Part shown: positions 27,888-37,572 of the stretch, piece by piece
Layout: every line of letters begins with the position of its first letter
Position numbering within the stretch: position 1 is the first letter of the stretch
DNA from: Candidatus Woesearchaeota archaeon
GTDB taxonomy: Archaea > Nanobdellota > Nanobdellia > Pacearchaeales > GW2011-AR1
Length of the DNA: 44,733 nucleotides
Reading direction: 5' to 3'
NCBI GenBank assembly: GCA_964530955.1
Contig: CAZHCL010000007.1
Span: 1-44,733, forward strand
Made by a program: the position numbers and the translations under genes
The notes under the pieces: model-generated
What the model saw: only the letters and a program-made list of their open reading frames with translations
What the model was told of the DNA's origin: nothing
The model's database searches: none

Positions 27888-28031
27888 CATTTCTGTAATA
27901 AACTTTTATTCCTCGACAAAAGGGAAGGATATTTTAGTTCTCTTTTTTGAGTGATAAACTTTTATTTTTAAATAAAAATTCAAAAACAAGGTTTAATGAA
28001 AATTTATAAACTCTCTAAGCTTGATTAAATT

Positions 28032-28271
28032 ATGGATTCAGTTGTTTCATTGTTTGCTCAGGATTTTGGAATTAGTATTTGGATGTTAGTTGTCTTGTTG
28101 ATATGGACTGTTGTCTGGAAGGCTATTGCTTTATGGAAGTCTGCAAGGCTTAATCAGCCAGTTTGGTTTATTTTATTGATAGTAATCAACACTCTTGGGA
28201 TATTGGAAATACTTTACATTTTTGTTTTTTCAAATATTTCAAGGTCAAGAAATAGACGAAGAAGGAAATAA
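28032..28271 (+). CDS. DUF5652-like small membrane protein
   Basis: WKAIALWKSARLNQPVWF...NTLGILEILY pattern; TATA (TTTATAAA) about 21 nt upstream. Confidence 0.75.
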   Translation: MDSVVSLFAQDFGISIWMLVVLLIWTVVWKAIALWKSARLNQPVWFILLIVINTLGILEILYIFVFSNISRSRNRRRRK

Positions 28272-28272
28272 C

Positions 28273-28512
28273 ATGCAAATGAAGTTCAAAAGGCATGACA
28301 AGGTTGTTCTTCTTACAGACCCGGATCCTGAATATATTGAATATCATAATGAGGATGAGGATGATTCTAAGGATGTTCCAATAAAAAAAGGAATGTCCGG
28401 AATAATTAATATGTTTCTTTCAAATGGAAAATATCATGTTCAAATTGTTGACAAGAAAGGCAATACAATCGCCTATGTGCCCATGGGTGAAGAAGAATTA
28501 GGAAAGGCTTAA
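28273..28512 (+). CDS. Small hypothetical beta-rich (SH3/KOW-like) protein, 79 aa
   Basis: Start reassigned to ATG 28273, 1 nt after the upstream stop; FKRHDKVVL...KKGMSGII...YHVQI pattern. Confidence 0.6.
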   Translation: MQMKFKRHDKVVLLTDPDPEYIEYHNEDEDDSKDVPIKKGMSGIINMFLSNGKYHVQIVDKKGNTIAYVPMGEEELGKA

Positions 28513-28517
28513 TTGAT

Positions 28518-29630
28518 TTATTTGATTAATTTCTTCAACTCTTTAATAACATAATCTATACCTTTCTTTGTTGTAGTTTCATTTATTGAAAATCTTATTG
28601 AGGAATCAATTTCTTTTTTGCTAATTCCCAAAGCTTTGAGGACTCTGTTTTCCTTATGTTCTTTGTTAAGGCAAGCACTCTTTGTTGAGCACATTATACC
28701 TTTTTCGGACAATGCAATAACAATATCTTCTGCATTTCCGATTTTGAATGAGAAGTTTATGTTATTGCAGACCCTTTTTTCAATTGAGCCATTGAGTTTG
28801 CCGTCTATTTTATTAAGTTCAGAGATAAAATAATCTCTAATCGCTTTTATTTTACTTTTATCAATTTTATTTGTAATCTGGACTGCTTTTGCAAATCCTG
28901 CAATAGCGGGAACGTTTTGAGTTCCAGGTCTAAGTCCTTTTTCCTGCCCTCCTCCAATCATAATAGGTTTAATTTTAATTTCTTCTCTTATGTAAAGGAA
29001 TCCAATTCCTTTTGAAGCGCCTATTTTATGCCCTGAACCAGATAGAAGGTCAATTTTCATTGAATTAACATCAATTTTTTCTTTGCAGAAGCTTTGAACA
29101 CCATCTGTATGGAACAGAACGTTTTTCTGCCTGCAAAGAGAGCCTATTCTTGCAATGTCCTGAATAGAGCCAACTTCATTATTAGCATGCATTATTGAGA
29201 CGACAAGAGTATCAGAGTCAATTTCTTCCTCAAGACTATTAAAATCAATAATTCCCTCTTTATTTACAGGGATTTCAACTATTTTATACCCTAAATTTTG
29301 CATTTCTTTGCATAACTCATATATAGAAGAATGTTCGATTGAAGAGATAATTATTTTTTTCTTGGTTGGATTTGCTTTGGATAATCCTTGCAAAGCAAGA
29401 TTGTTTGATTCTGTTGCACATGATGTGAATATTATTTCCCAAGGTCTTGCATTTATTTCAGAAGCTATAACTTTCTTCGTATTTTCAATGACTTTCTGGG
29501 CTTTTTCTCCCATTAAATGCGATGATGAAGGGTTTCCATACTCTGAAATAAGGTATTTTTTCATTTCTTCGGCAACTTCCTTGTAAACTGGAGTTGTGCT
29601 TGCGTTATCAAGGTAAATTACTTTGCTCAT
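28518..29630 (-). CDS. iscS: Cysteine desulfurase (IscS/NifS family), 370 aa
   Basis: YLDNASTT, YGNPSS, SIEHSS, HANNEVG, HTDGVQ, SGHKIG (PLP lysine) and STKSAC (catalytic Cys); start reassigned to ATG 29630. Confidence 0.92.
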   Translation of the reverse strand: MSKVIYLDNASTTPVYKEVAEEMKKYLISEYGNPSSSHLMGEKAQKVIENTKKVIASEINARPWEIIFTSCATESNNLALQGLSKANPTKKKIIISSIEHSSIYELCKEMQNLGYKIVEIPVNKEGIIDFNSLEEEIDSDTLVVSIMHANNEVGSIQDIARIGSLCRQKNVLFHTDGVQSFCKEKIDVNSMKIDLLSGSGHKIGASKGIGFLYIREEIKIKPIMIGGGQEKGLRPGTQNVPAIAGFAKAVQITNKIDKSKIKAIRDYFISELNKIDGKLNGSIEKRVCNNINFSFKIGNAEDIVIALSEKGIMCSTKSACLNKEHKENRVLKALGISKKEIDSSIRFSINETTTKKGIDYVIKELKKLIK

Positions 29631-29719
29631 AAAACAAAGAAATAAGAAAGGCTTATAAATCTGCTTTTTCTGCGATTTGCGAGGTGATTCGGTCCTCAGC
29701 GATTTCTGAGATAAATACA

Positions 29720-29986
29720 ATGTCATACGGCACAATAGAAGAAAATATCGGATGGGCTAAGAGGTCTTGGATCAAATCTATTAAATATGACTTTCCTGAT
29801 GAAAAAATGGGTCTGGGAGATAAATTGATTTTAAGAAGGGTTTTAGAAGAGAGAGTAACTCATTTTATTGAATCTTTTCCAGATATATCGCCAGCTTGCG
29901 CATATTTTTTTCTTGATGTAGATCTCGAAATGGAAAAATATGGTTTTAAAGTAAAACAAAGTTTGGGGAATTTTACTGGGTGGTAA
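29720..29986 (+). CDS. Hypothetical protein, 88 aa
   Basis: Divergent from iscS; ATG 29720 preferred over the track start; no family recognised. Confidence 0.5.
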   Translation: MSYGTIEENIGWAKRSWIKSIKYDFPDEKMGLGDKLILRRVLEERVTHFIESFPDISPACAYFFLDVDLEMEKYGFKVKQSLGNFTGW

Positions 29987-30059
29987 AATATTAAGGTTAG
30001 AATGCGTTAAAAGTCTTTTGATTAGATACTTTTTTATAACTTAATCCCTTTTGTTCTTA

Positions 30060-30665
30060 ATGGTAGTTAAGATAATATCTGTTGACTTTCAGAAAGATTT
30101 TAGTGCTGAAAAAGGGAAACATTACAAGCCAAGAAAAAATATATCTTTCATAAAAGAGATTCTGATTCCTTATTTTAGACAGAATAATATTAAAGTAGCT
30201 GAAATAATTTCAGATTATAGACTACCTAGGCCTGCTGATTCAGATGATAGTTGCAGAGCTGGTGAATGGGGATACGAATCTGAAATTCCTGAAGATATAA
30301 AATTAAAACCCTTATGGGTTAAATGTATGAATTCCCCTATCTGGATAAGAGATAATATAGGAAATCCTGATAAAAAGCCAGGCTTGCCCTATCAAGACCC
30401 TGATTCATTTACTAAATGGTTGGGTAAAGTTATAGGAAAGCCTCGCGATTCAGACATAATTGTTTTGATAGGTTTGACTGCAGATTGTTGTGTATTCTGT
30501 ACTGCTCAAGAATTAAGTTGGAGAGGCTATACTGTGAAAATTCTTAGCGAGGGAGTCGGCACGTATTCTGGGGATGAAAGTGAAAAAGAACAAATTCTTA
30601 ATAATCCTCCTTTAAATAATTGGGCTGAATCAATTAGCTGGAATGAGTTGAAGAAGTTAATTTAA
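30060..30665 (+). CDS. Isochorismatase-family (cysteine hydrolase) protein
   Basis: VDFQKDF, KCMNS and IGLTADCCVFCTAQE..RGY.V motifs; ATG 30060 preferred. Confidence 0.8.
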   Translation: MVVKIISVDFQKDFSAEKGKHYKPRKNISFIKEILIPYFRQNNIKVAEIISDYRLPRPADSDDSCRAGEWGYESEIPEDIKLKPLWVKCMNSPIWIRDNIGNPDKKPGLPYQDPDSFTKWLGKVIGKPRDSDIIVLIGLTADCCVFCTAQELSWRGYTVKILSEGVGTYSGDESEKEQILNNPPLNNWAESISWNELKKLI

Positions 30666-30712
30666 TTTATCGGAAAAGATAAATATTTAATCTAAAAGAG
30701 ATTCATGTTCCT

Positions 30713-31087
30713 ATGAAATCATCTCAATTAAAAGGAGTGGTAAATGACTTGGTTCATTTAGGTGAAGATTTTAATCCCATAGTTTATGCATTTATCCAAA
30801 ATAAATTGGAAACAGACCTCATAGATGGAACTATTATTTACCCAGAACAAGATGATGTATGGAAATTCTATAAAGATAAGATAAAATGGTTTAAGGAAAG
30901 AATATTATCTTTGAAAGGTAAACTGGAAGATTTTGAAGAGGCGAAAATAAGAGTTTTTGGTCATGAAGAAAAGGTAAGGCTAAAATACAAAGGTAAGATA
31001 TTTGAGGGAAGAATAGTTCTTAATAAAAAATCTCCTTCAGACTATAGTAGCTATTCTATCGAAGAGTGGTTTAATTGGAAAGATTAA
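30713..31087 (+). CDS. Hypothetical protein, 124 aa
   Basis: Clean ORF preceded by an AT-rich TATA-like element; no family recognised. Confidence 0.6.
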   Translation: MKSSQLKGVVNDLVHLGEDFNPIVYAFIQNKLETDLIDGTIIYPEQDDVWKFYKDKIKWFKERILSLKGKLEDFEEAKIRVFGHEEKVRLKYKGKIFEGRIVLNKKSPSDYSSYSIEEWFNWKD

Positions 31088-31111
31088 TTTAAACTTATTT
31101 TAAAACCTATC

Positions 31112-33670
31112 TCACTTCAAAGTTGTCTGCCCAGAGGGCTCGGGAACATCGGGAAGCTCATCGGCAGAAGGCACTTTGACTATTGCCGCTACTTTATCGC
31201 CTTCTTTTAGATTGACTATTCTTACTCCCTGAGTTGCTCTTCCCATGACTCTTATGTCTCTCATATTCACTCTTATTACAACTCCTTTTGCGGTTGTTGC
31301 AATGATTGAGTCTTTTCCTGAAACTGAAAGTGCAGTAAGAACATCTCCTGTCTTGTCGGTTGTGTCGAGAGTGATTACTCCTTTCGTTCCTCTGCTTGTC
31401 TTTCTGTACTCTTCAAGCTCTGTTCTCTTTCCATATCCTTTCATTGTTGCAGTTAATATTGTTGTTTTACCGTCTTTTGGAATAGCTTCAAGTGCAACAA
31501 TTTCATCTGTCTTTCCTAGGTCAGCACCTATAACTCCATAGCTTGCTCTTCCCATTGATCTTACTTCATCAGAAGCAAACCTTATTGCTTGGCCTTTCTT
31601 TGTTATAAGAAGAACTTCTTGTCCATCTTCGACTCTTGCAACATTAATCACCACATCACTTCCATCTCCGGGAAGATTAATTACTCTGACTCCTGTGTTT
31701 CTTGGCTTTGCTAAATCTTTCAAAGGTAACTTCTTCATCATTCCTTTCTTTGTGGCAAACATTAGGTATCCTGATTCGAAGTCTTTGATTGCCATTACAT
31801 TACTTATTGTTTCATCTCTTAGCTCTAGAACATTAATTAGAGCTTTTCCTTTTCCTTGTCTTTCGCTTGCAGGAACATCATTTGCTTTCAACCAGTATAC
31901 TCTTCCTCTTGAAGTAAAGAATAGAAGATAATCATGTGTTGAACAGGACAATAGTTTTGTTACAAAGTCTTCTTCTTTCAAGTCTGCTCCAGAGACCCCT
32001 GCTCCTCCTCTCTTCTGCTCTCTATAGGCTTGGACGTCAACTCTCTTTATGTAACCTCCAGAGGTTATCATTACTGCAACGTCTTTCTTTTCAATAAGGT
32101 CTTTTTCAGTTATTTCTTCAACTCTCTTAAGAATCTTTGTTCTTCTTTCATCTCCATACTTATTCTTTATATCAGTAATTTCTTTCTTAATGACTTTTAA
32201 TATTTCCTTTTCATCTCCAAGAATTGCTTTAAGCTCAGCAATTGTTTCCTTCAATTTCTTTTCTTCATCTTTAAGTTTTCCTGCTTCCAAATGAGTCAAC
32301 TGCTGTAGTCTTATTTCTAGAACTGCTTTAGCTTGTCTATCTGTTAAGTCAAATTTCTTCATTAAACCAGAATGGGCTTCAGTTGCGTTTGCGCTCTTCT
32401 TGATGAATTCAACAATTTTATCTATATCTTTCAACGCAATAAGCAATCCTAAAACAATTTCTATTCTGTCTTCTGCTTTTTTCAACTCAAACTTACTTCT
32501 ATTCCTTATGGTCAATTGCCTGTACTTTAGGTATTCACTTATAATCTCTTTGAGATTCATAACTTTTGGCTGTTTGCCAACTAGGGCAAGCATATTCGCA
32601 TCAAAAGAAGTTTCAACATTGGTAAGGGTATACAATTTGTTTAATGTAAATTTAGGATCAACGTCTTTTTTTAATTCAATAACTATTCTTACTTTTCCCT
32701 TGGCAGATTCATCTCTTAAATCATAAATATCCGGCAATTTCTTTTCAGTGGCAAGTCTGGCAATTGTTTTTACCAATTCTGCCTTGTTGACCATATAGGG
32801 TATTTCAGTTATTATAATTGAAACTCTTCCTTTCTTATCTTCTTCAATTTCTGTTCTTGCTCTGATTACAATTTTACCTTTTCCTGTTTTATACATATCT
32901 TTTATTCCTCCGCTAATCATTCCTCCAGTAGGGAAATCAGGCCCCTTCACTATTTCTGCAAGTTCATCAACAGTTACATTTGGTTTGTTAATCATTTCAA
33001 TAACTGCTTCACAGACTTCTGTTAGGTTATGAGGAGGAATATTTGTTGCCATTCCAACTGCAATTCCAGTTGCTCCGTTAAGAAGAATATTTGGCAATGC
33101 TGCTGGAAGTGTTTCTGGTTCTTCAAGAGAGTTATCGAAGTTAGGCCTCATCTTGACCGTTTCTTTTTCAATATCTGCTAAAAGTTCCTGGGAAACCTTG
33201 CTTAGCTTTGCTTCAGTATATCTGTCTGCTGCTGCGCTGTCTCCATCCATGCTTCCAAAGTTTCCCTGTCCGTGAATAAGAGGATATCTTAGGGAGAAAT
33301 CTTGGGCCATTCTTACTAATGCATCATAAATTGCGATATTACCATGAGGGTGGTACTTACCCATTGTTTCTCCAACAATTCTTGCTGATTTCATTGTTGA
33401 TTTAGAATTGTCTAAGCCTAGGGTGTGCATTGCATAGAGAATTCTTCTGTGAACTGGCTTAAGTCCGTCTTCAACACTTGGCAAAGCTCTGTCAACTATA
33501 ACTGACATTGCATAGTCTATGAATGCCTGCTCCATCTCTTCAACAATTTCTGCTCCGGCTACTCCTTTTTCATTTCCTATCTGGTCTTTTTCCCTTCTCT
33601 TGCTTTCTTCAGCAACCATTTCCTGTTCTGTTTTGTTTTCGCCGTTTCCGTTGTTTTCTTCTTTTGCCAT
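31112..33670 (-). CDS. gyrA: DNA gyrase subunit A
   Basis: [29 protein letters not shown] (catalytic Tyr), GyrA-box QKRGGAG and C-terminal pinwheel repeats. Confidence 0.97.
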   Translation of the reverse strand: MAKEENNGNGENKTEQEMVAEESKRREKDQIGNEKGVAGAEIVEEMEQAFIDYAMSVIVDRALPSVEDGLKPVHRRILYAMHTLGLDNSKSTMKSARIVGETMGKYHPHGNIAIYDALVRMAQDFSLRYPLIHGQGNFGSMDGDSAAADRYTEAKLSKVSQELLADIEKETVKMRPNFDNSLEEPETLPAALPNILLNGATGIAVGMATNIPPHNLTEVCEAVIEMINKPNVTVDELAEIVKGPDFPTGGMISGGIKDMYKTGKGKIVIRARTEIEEDKKGRVSIIITEIPYMVNKAELVKTIARLATEKKLPDIYDLRDESAKGKVRIVIELKKDVDPKFTLNKLYTLTNVETSFDANMLALVGKQPKVMNLKEIISEYLKYRQLTIRNRSKFELKKAEDRIEIVLGLLIALKDIDKIVEFIKKSANATEAHSGLMKKFDLTDRQAKAVLEIRLQQLTHLEAGKLKDEEKKLKETIAELKAILGDEKEILKVIKKEITDIKNKYGDERRTKILKRVEEITEKDLIEKKDVAVMITSGGYIKRVDVQAYREQKRGGAGVSGADLKEEDFVTKLLSCSTHDYLLFFTSRGRVYWLKANDVPASERQGKGKALINVLELRDETISNVMAIKDFESGYLMFATKKGMMKKLPLKDLAKPRNTGVRVINLPGDGSDVVINVARVEDGQEVLLITKKGQAIRFASDEVRSMGRASYGVIGADLGKTDEIVALEAIPKDGKTTILTATMKGYGKRTELEEYRKTSRGTKGVITLDTTDKTGDVLTALSVSGKDSIIATTAKGVVIRVNMRDIRVMGRATQGVRIVNLKEGDKVAAIVKVPSADELPDVPEPSGQTTLK

Positions 33671-33671
33671 T

Positions 33672-35585
33672 TTAAATGTCTATTTGAGCATCCTGGGCTC
33701 TTTCAGCAATGAATATTTTTCTTGGTTCAACATCATCACCCATTAATTTTGAGAATACTTCATCCGCTTTAACGGCATCTTCAATAGTTATTTTGTTTAG
33801 CAATCTGGCTTTAGGATCCATGGTTGTCTCCCAAAGCTGTTCAGGATTCATTTCTCCAAGACCTTTGAATCTTTGGACTACCAAATTTCCTCCGAGCTTT
33901 GCAACTATTTTCTTTAATTCTTCATCACTATAAACGTAATGGTCTATTTTTTTTCTTACTTTGTATAATGGAGAAACTGCGATGTAAATATGTCCATTTT
34001 CAATTAATTTAGGCATGAATCTGAAGAAAAAGGTTAGTAATAATGTTTTAATGTGCGCGCCGTCTACGTCTGCATCAGTCATGATTACTATTTTTCCATA
34101 TCTTAATTTTTCCAGATCAAACTGGTCTGTAATTCCTGTTCCTATTGCAGTGATTATATTAGCTATCTCATCATTTGACAAAACTTTTACTGCATTTGCT
34201 TTTTCTACATTAAGAGGTTTACCTTTCAATGGAAGTATTGCCTGATGCTCTTTATTTCTTGCCATCTTTGCACTGCCACCTGCGGAATCTCCCTCTACAA
34301 TGAAAAGTTCTGATTCTTCTTTTTTGCTGCTAGAGCAGTCAGCAAGTTTTCCTGGCAATCCCCCTACTGCAAATGCATTCTTTCTTCTGACTAGTTCTTT
34401 TGCTTTCTTTGCCGCGTTTCTTGCCTTCTGGGCTTCCATTGCTTTGTCAACTATGCGTCTTGCAATGGCTGGATTTTCCTCAAAGAATTCTGTAAGAGCT
34501 TTCATTGCAACTCCATCTACTATTCCTTTAACTTCACTATTTCCTAATTTTGTTTTTGTTTGACCTTCAAACTGAGGTTCTGGAACTTTTACAGAAATTA
34601 TTGCAGTTAATCCTTCACGAACATCATCTCCCGTGAGATTCTCAGATTTGTTCATCTTATTTTTATTTGCATAATCGTTAATTGCTCTTGTTAAAGCTGT
34701 TTTGAATCCTGCTTCATGGGTTCCACCTTCAACAGTATTAATTGTATTTACAAAAGAAAGAACTGTTTCCTGATAGCTTGAATTATATTGAACAGCACAT
34801 TCCACAACTATTTTGCTGTCTTCTTTCATGAAATAAACTGGCTTTGCATGAATTGCTTCCTTTGTTTTGTTTACCCATTTCACGAATTCTATTAGACCAC
34901 CTTCGTAATGATAGGTTTCGCTCTTCCCGCTTGTGTCATCTCTTAATTTTATCTTTACTCCTTTGTTCAGGAAGGCAATTTCTCTGAATCTTGTTTCTAA
35001 TATGGAAAATTCAAATTTTGTTGTTGAGAAAATAGTGTCATCTGGGAAGAAAGTTACTTCTGTTCCCGTATCTTTTTTTTCGCATTCTCCTACAACTTTA
35101 ACATCATAAAGAGGCTTTCCTATTTTGTATTCTTGTTGGTATATTTTTCCGCCTTTCTTTACTTTAACTTTCATTAATTTAGAAAGTGCGGCGACAACGC
35201 TAATACCTACTCCATGTAAACCGCCTGAAACGGCGTAGCTTCCTTTGTCAAACTTGCCTCCTGCATGTAATCTTGTAACCACAATTTCCATTGCAGACTT
35301 TTTATAAACTGGATGTGTTTCTACAGGTATTCCTCTTCCATTGTCTATGACCGTCATACTTCCATCTTTGTTTATGCTTACTTCAATTAAGTCACAATAG
35401 CCAGCCATTGCTTCATCAACCGCATTATCAACAATTTCCCAGACTAAATGATGTAGACCTGTTTTACTTGTACTTCCAATATACATTGCAGGTCTTAATC
35501 TTACTCCTTCAAGACCTTCAAGAACCTTAATCTTCTCTGCTCCGTATTCCTTTCCGCCTTTTTCAGAATCTTTTTTTTCAGCCAT
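33672..35585 (-). CDS. gyrB: DNA gyrase subunit B
   Basis: [47 protein letters not shown] and RFKGLGEM motifs. Confidence 0.97.
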   Translation of the reverse strand: MAEKKDSEKGGKEYGAEKIKVLEGLEGVRLRPAMYIGSTSKTGLHHLVWEIVDNAVDEAMAGYCDLIEVSINKDGSMTVIDNGRGIPVETHPVYKKSAMEIVVTRLHAGGKFDKGSYAVSGGLHGVGISVVAALSKLMKVKVKKGGKIYQQEYKIGKPLYDVKVVGECEKKDTGTEVTFFPDDTIFSTTKFEFSILETRFREIAFLNKGVKIKLRDDTSGKSETYHYEGGLIEFVKWVNKTKEAIHAKPVYFMKEDSKIVVECAVQYNSSYQETVLSFVNTINTVEGGTHEAGFKTALTRAINDYANKNKMNKSENLTGDDVREGLTAIISVKVPEPQFEGQTKTKLGNSEVKGIVDGVAMKALTEFFEENPAIARRIVDKAMEAQKARNAAKKAKELVRRKNAFAVGGLPGKLADCSSSKKEESELFIVEGDSAGGSAKMARNKEHQAILPLKGKPLNVEKANAVKVLSNDEIANIITAIGTGITDQFDLEKLRYGKIVIMTDADVDGAHIKTLLLTFFFRFMPKLIENGHIYIAVSPLYKVRKKIDHYVYSDEELKKIVAKLGGNLVVQRFKGLGEMNPEQLWETTMDPKARLLNKITIEDAVKADEVFSKLMGDDVEPRKIFIAERAQDAQIDI

Positions 35586-35699
35586 ATTATTAAAACGCTC
35601 TTTTAATACACTGAAAAGTCAAACTTGCTTTAAAAACCTTTCTGCACTCGACAAGCTATTTATCGACGACAAATTTAAATCAAATCACAATCAGAAAAA

Positions 35700-35918
35700 T
35701 CACTTAACAGCAGTCTTGCGGGCTTCTTTATCCAAGGCTTTCTTGGCTTCTTCTCTATAGGCGAATGTCCACTTCTGCTTTCTCTTATCTCTCTTAAGCT
35801 TCAGTGCGTTTTTTCTGCACTTGCTTGAGCAGTAATAATTGACATTCCCATCATTTCCTATTACATGAATTCCTATGAATGAATGTTCTTCTTTTCCGCA
35901 GAAAACACATTTAACCAT
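35700..35918 (-). CDS. rpl24e: 50S ribosomal protein L24e
   Basis: CVFCG...YYCSSKC..N..LKR.....WT pattern. Confidence 0.93.
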   Translation of the reverse strand: MVKCVFCGKEEHSFIGIHVIGNDGNVNYYCSSKCRKNALKLKRDKRKQKWTFAYREEAKKALDKEARKTAVK

Positions 35919-36219
35919 TTCTGCTCACTTTGAAATTGCTTCTTATTCTTCTCGCTTCAATTTCAGTCTCCCTTAATGTTAATAAATCGCCTATTCTTAC
36001 TGTTCCTTTTACGTTTCTTCTCATAGTCTTTCCAGAATTTCTTCCATCTAATATTCTGCACATAACCTGAGTAACCTCTCCTCTTGCTCCTGTTCTGCCT
36101 ACAAGCTCCTCCACTATGCCATTAACTGGTGCGTCATTGCTAAGCTTGTCAACTTTCATAGTTGAACCACTATTAGCATTCTCAGAAGTTTTATCCTTTA
36201 TTTTTTGTTGCTTAGCCAT
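35911..36219 (-). CDS. rps28e: 30S ribosomal protein S28e with an N-terminal extension
   Basis: [12 protein letters not shown]...[21 protein letters not shown]; GGTG RBS upstream of ATG 36219. Confidence 0.93.
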   Translation of the reverse strand: MAKQQKIKDKTSENANSGSTMKVDKLSNDAPVNGIVEELVGRTGARGEVTQVMCRILDGRNSGKTMRRNVKGTVRIGDLLTLRETEIEARRIRSNFKVSRNG

Positions 36220-36230
36220 CTTGACACCTA

Positions 36231-36542
36231 TCAGCTAGATTTGGATTTTAGTTGAGCTATATCTTTGTCTGCTTCACCAGCGTTCACAACAGCAACTGCA
36301 GCAGTATTAACATTAATGCCTACAGAAAGACCTAATTTCTTTTTTGAGTCTACTTCAAAGCATGGAATGTTTTTTTCCTTGCATAGAACTGGGATATGTG
36401 CAATTATCTCTTGTGGTTCAACGTCCTTGGCATAGAGAACTAACTTAGCAACGCCTAATTCGACTGCCTTAGTCACTTCGTTTGCTCCCTTGTCAACTTT
36501 GCCTGTTTTCTTTGCTTTTTCAACGATATTGTAGAAGTCCAT
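36231..36542 (-). CDS. rpl7ae: 50S ribosomal protein L7Ae
   Basis: [28 protein letters not shown]...LC.EK.IP pattern; GGAGG RBS. Confidence 0.95.
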   Translation of the reverse strand: MDFYNIVEKAKKTGKVDKGANEVTKAVELGVAKLVLYAKDVEPQEIIAHIPVLCKEKNIPCFEVDSKKKLGLSVGINVNTAAVAVVNAGEADKDIAQLKSKSS

Positions 36543-36547
36543 TTCGG

Positions 36548-36571
36548 CCTCCGTAATGATTACCTCATCGG
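36548..36571 (-). promoter_or_regulatory. Kink-turn in the rpl7ae 5' UTR overlapping the Shine-Dalgarno
   Basis: RNA reads CC-GAU-GA-G-GUAA-UCA-UUAC-G-GA-GG: 2-bp C-stem, 3-nt bulge ending in U, tandem G.A/A.G pairs and a capped stem; the non-bulged strand is GGAGG. Confidence 0.75.
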
Positions 36572-36594
36572 TTGATTATACCTCAAAAAGATAG

Positions 36595-36609
36595 TTTATA
36601 AATCTTTTT
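36595..36609 (-). promoter_or_regulatory. BRE/TATA of the rpl7ae-rps28e-rpl24e operon
   Basis: AAAAGAT-TTTATAAA-like arrangement on the minus strand, about 23 nt before the kink-turn. Confidence 0.7.
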
Positions 36610-36669
36610 ATGAGTTCGTTTTATGTAAAAAGAACTCATTTTATTATAATTATATTTTTAAATGAGTTC
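36610..36669. repeat. Three copies of ATGAGTTC in alternating orientation forming two overlapping inverted repeats
   Basis: ATGAGTTC 36610-36617, GAACTCAT 36632-36639, ATGAGTTC 36662-36669. Confidence 0.75.
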
Positions 36670-36683
36670 CTTATTGCCTTTTA

Positions 36684-36941
36684 ATGACTAGTGATAGAAT
36701 AGAATATCAGAAAGACTTTTCTGCATTATTAGATTTATATCATGAGTTAGGTGATAGATATAGAACTAGTGGATTGGAAGACAAAGATTTCGAAATTGAT
36801 TATTTAGATGAATTTTCTTGGATAAATAAATTCATTGAAAGATGGAAAAAAGCAGAGCTTATTAGAATGTCAAGAGGCGATATTGACAGCGCGGTTGATG
36901 AATTAGTCAGCATGGAAAAAAGTTTATGTGATATTATTTAA
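36684..36941 (+). CDS. Hypothetical acidic protein, 85 aa
   Basis: Clean ORF with TTTTTAAA about 21 nt upstream; no family recognised. Confidence 0.55.
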   Translation: MTSDRIEYQKDFSALLDLYHELGDRYRTSGLEDKDFEIDYLDEFSWINKFIERWKKAELIRMSRGDIDSAVDELVSMEKSLCDII

Positions 36942-36974
36942 AATTAAGATAAAAAATAAAAATAAAAAATTCTC

Positions 36975-37457
36975 TTAAATTTCTTCTTCGTATTTGCCTA
37001 CAATTGTGCTTCTATCTTCTTCTCTTTCCTTTGCAAGCTTTCTGCTTACATTCAAAAGGTCTGGATAAAGGCTTCTTGCAGTGTGTTCAGTAAGTCCAAG
37101 GCTAGTCATAACACCGATATAATCTTCAGTGGTAAGTCTTGAGCCCGCTCTTACGCCGAAGTAAAGATGCTGTTCAGTAAGAGTTCTTTTTTCCTCTATT
37201 TTACCTGTAAGTATTTTTCCATATTTTGGAAATTGCTCGCAGAACTCTGCTACAGCTTCTTTCATTCCTCTTGCTTTTTGCTGGTCTTCTTCTGTCACAT
37301 GAGCAAATACTCTTTCACTTTCATATTTTTGCCCGTCAAGTAGTTGCGCAAGACTTTTTGCACTTTTGCTTTTCGCGCTTTTGACTTTCTGATACATACT
37401 TGAAAGAGGTATTTCAAGACGATCCCTTGCAATCAGTTCAATTATTTTTCTTTCCAT
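36975..37457 (-). CDS. Hypothetical protein, 160 aa
   Basis: Start reassigned to ATG 37457 behind AGGAGG; helical and charged; no family recognised. Confidence 0.7.
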   Translation of the reverse strand: MERKIIELIARDRLEIPLSSMYQKVKSAKSKSAKSLAQLLDGQKYESERVFAHVTEEDQQKARGMKEAVAEFCEQFPKYGKILTGKIEEKRTLTEQHLYFGVRAGSRLTTEDYIGVMTSLGLTEHTARSLYPDLLNVSRKLAKEREEDRSTIVGKYEEEI

Positions 37458-37572
37458 GTTTTGTTTTCCTCCTTTCAATTGGATTAATTAAAATAGCTCA
37501 GACTGATAGATTAACTTTTGAGGTGAGTTTTATCACCACAATATTTATTAAGATGATTTTACAGATTTGATT

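Noticed and set aside
27898-27966. 13-bp direct repeat ATAAACTTTTATT (27898-27910, 27954-27966)
   Set aside because: Low-complexity AT-rich sequence in a promoter/terminator region; not distinguishable from chance.
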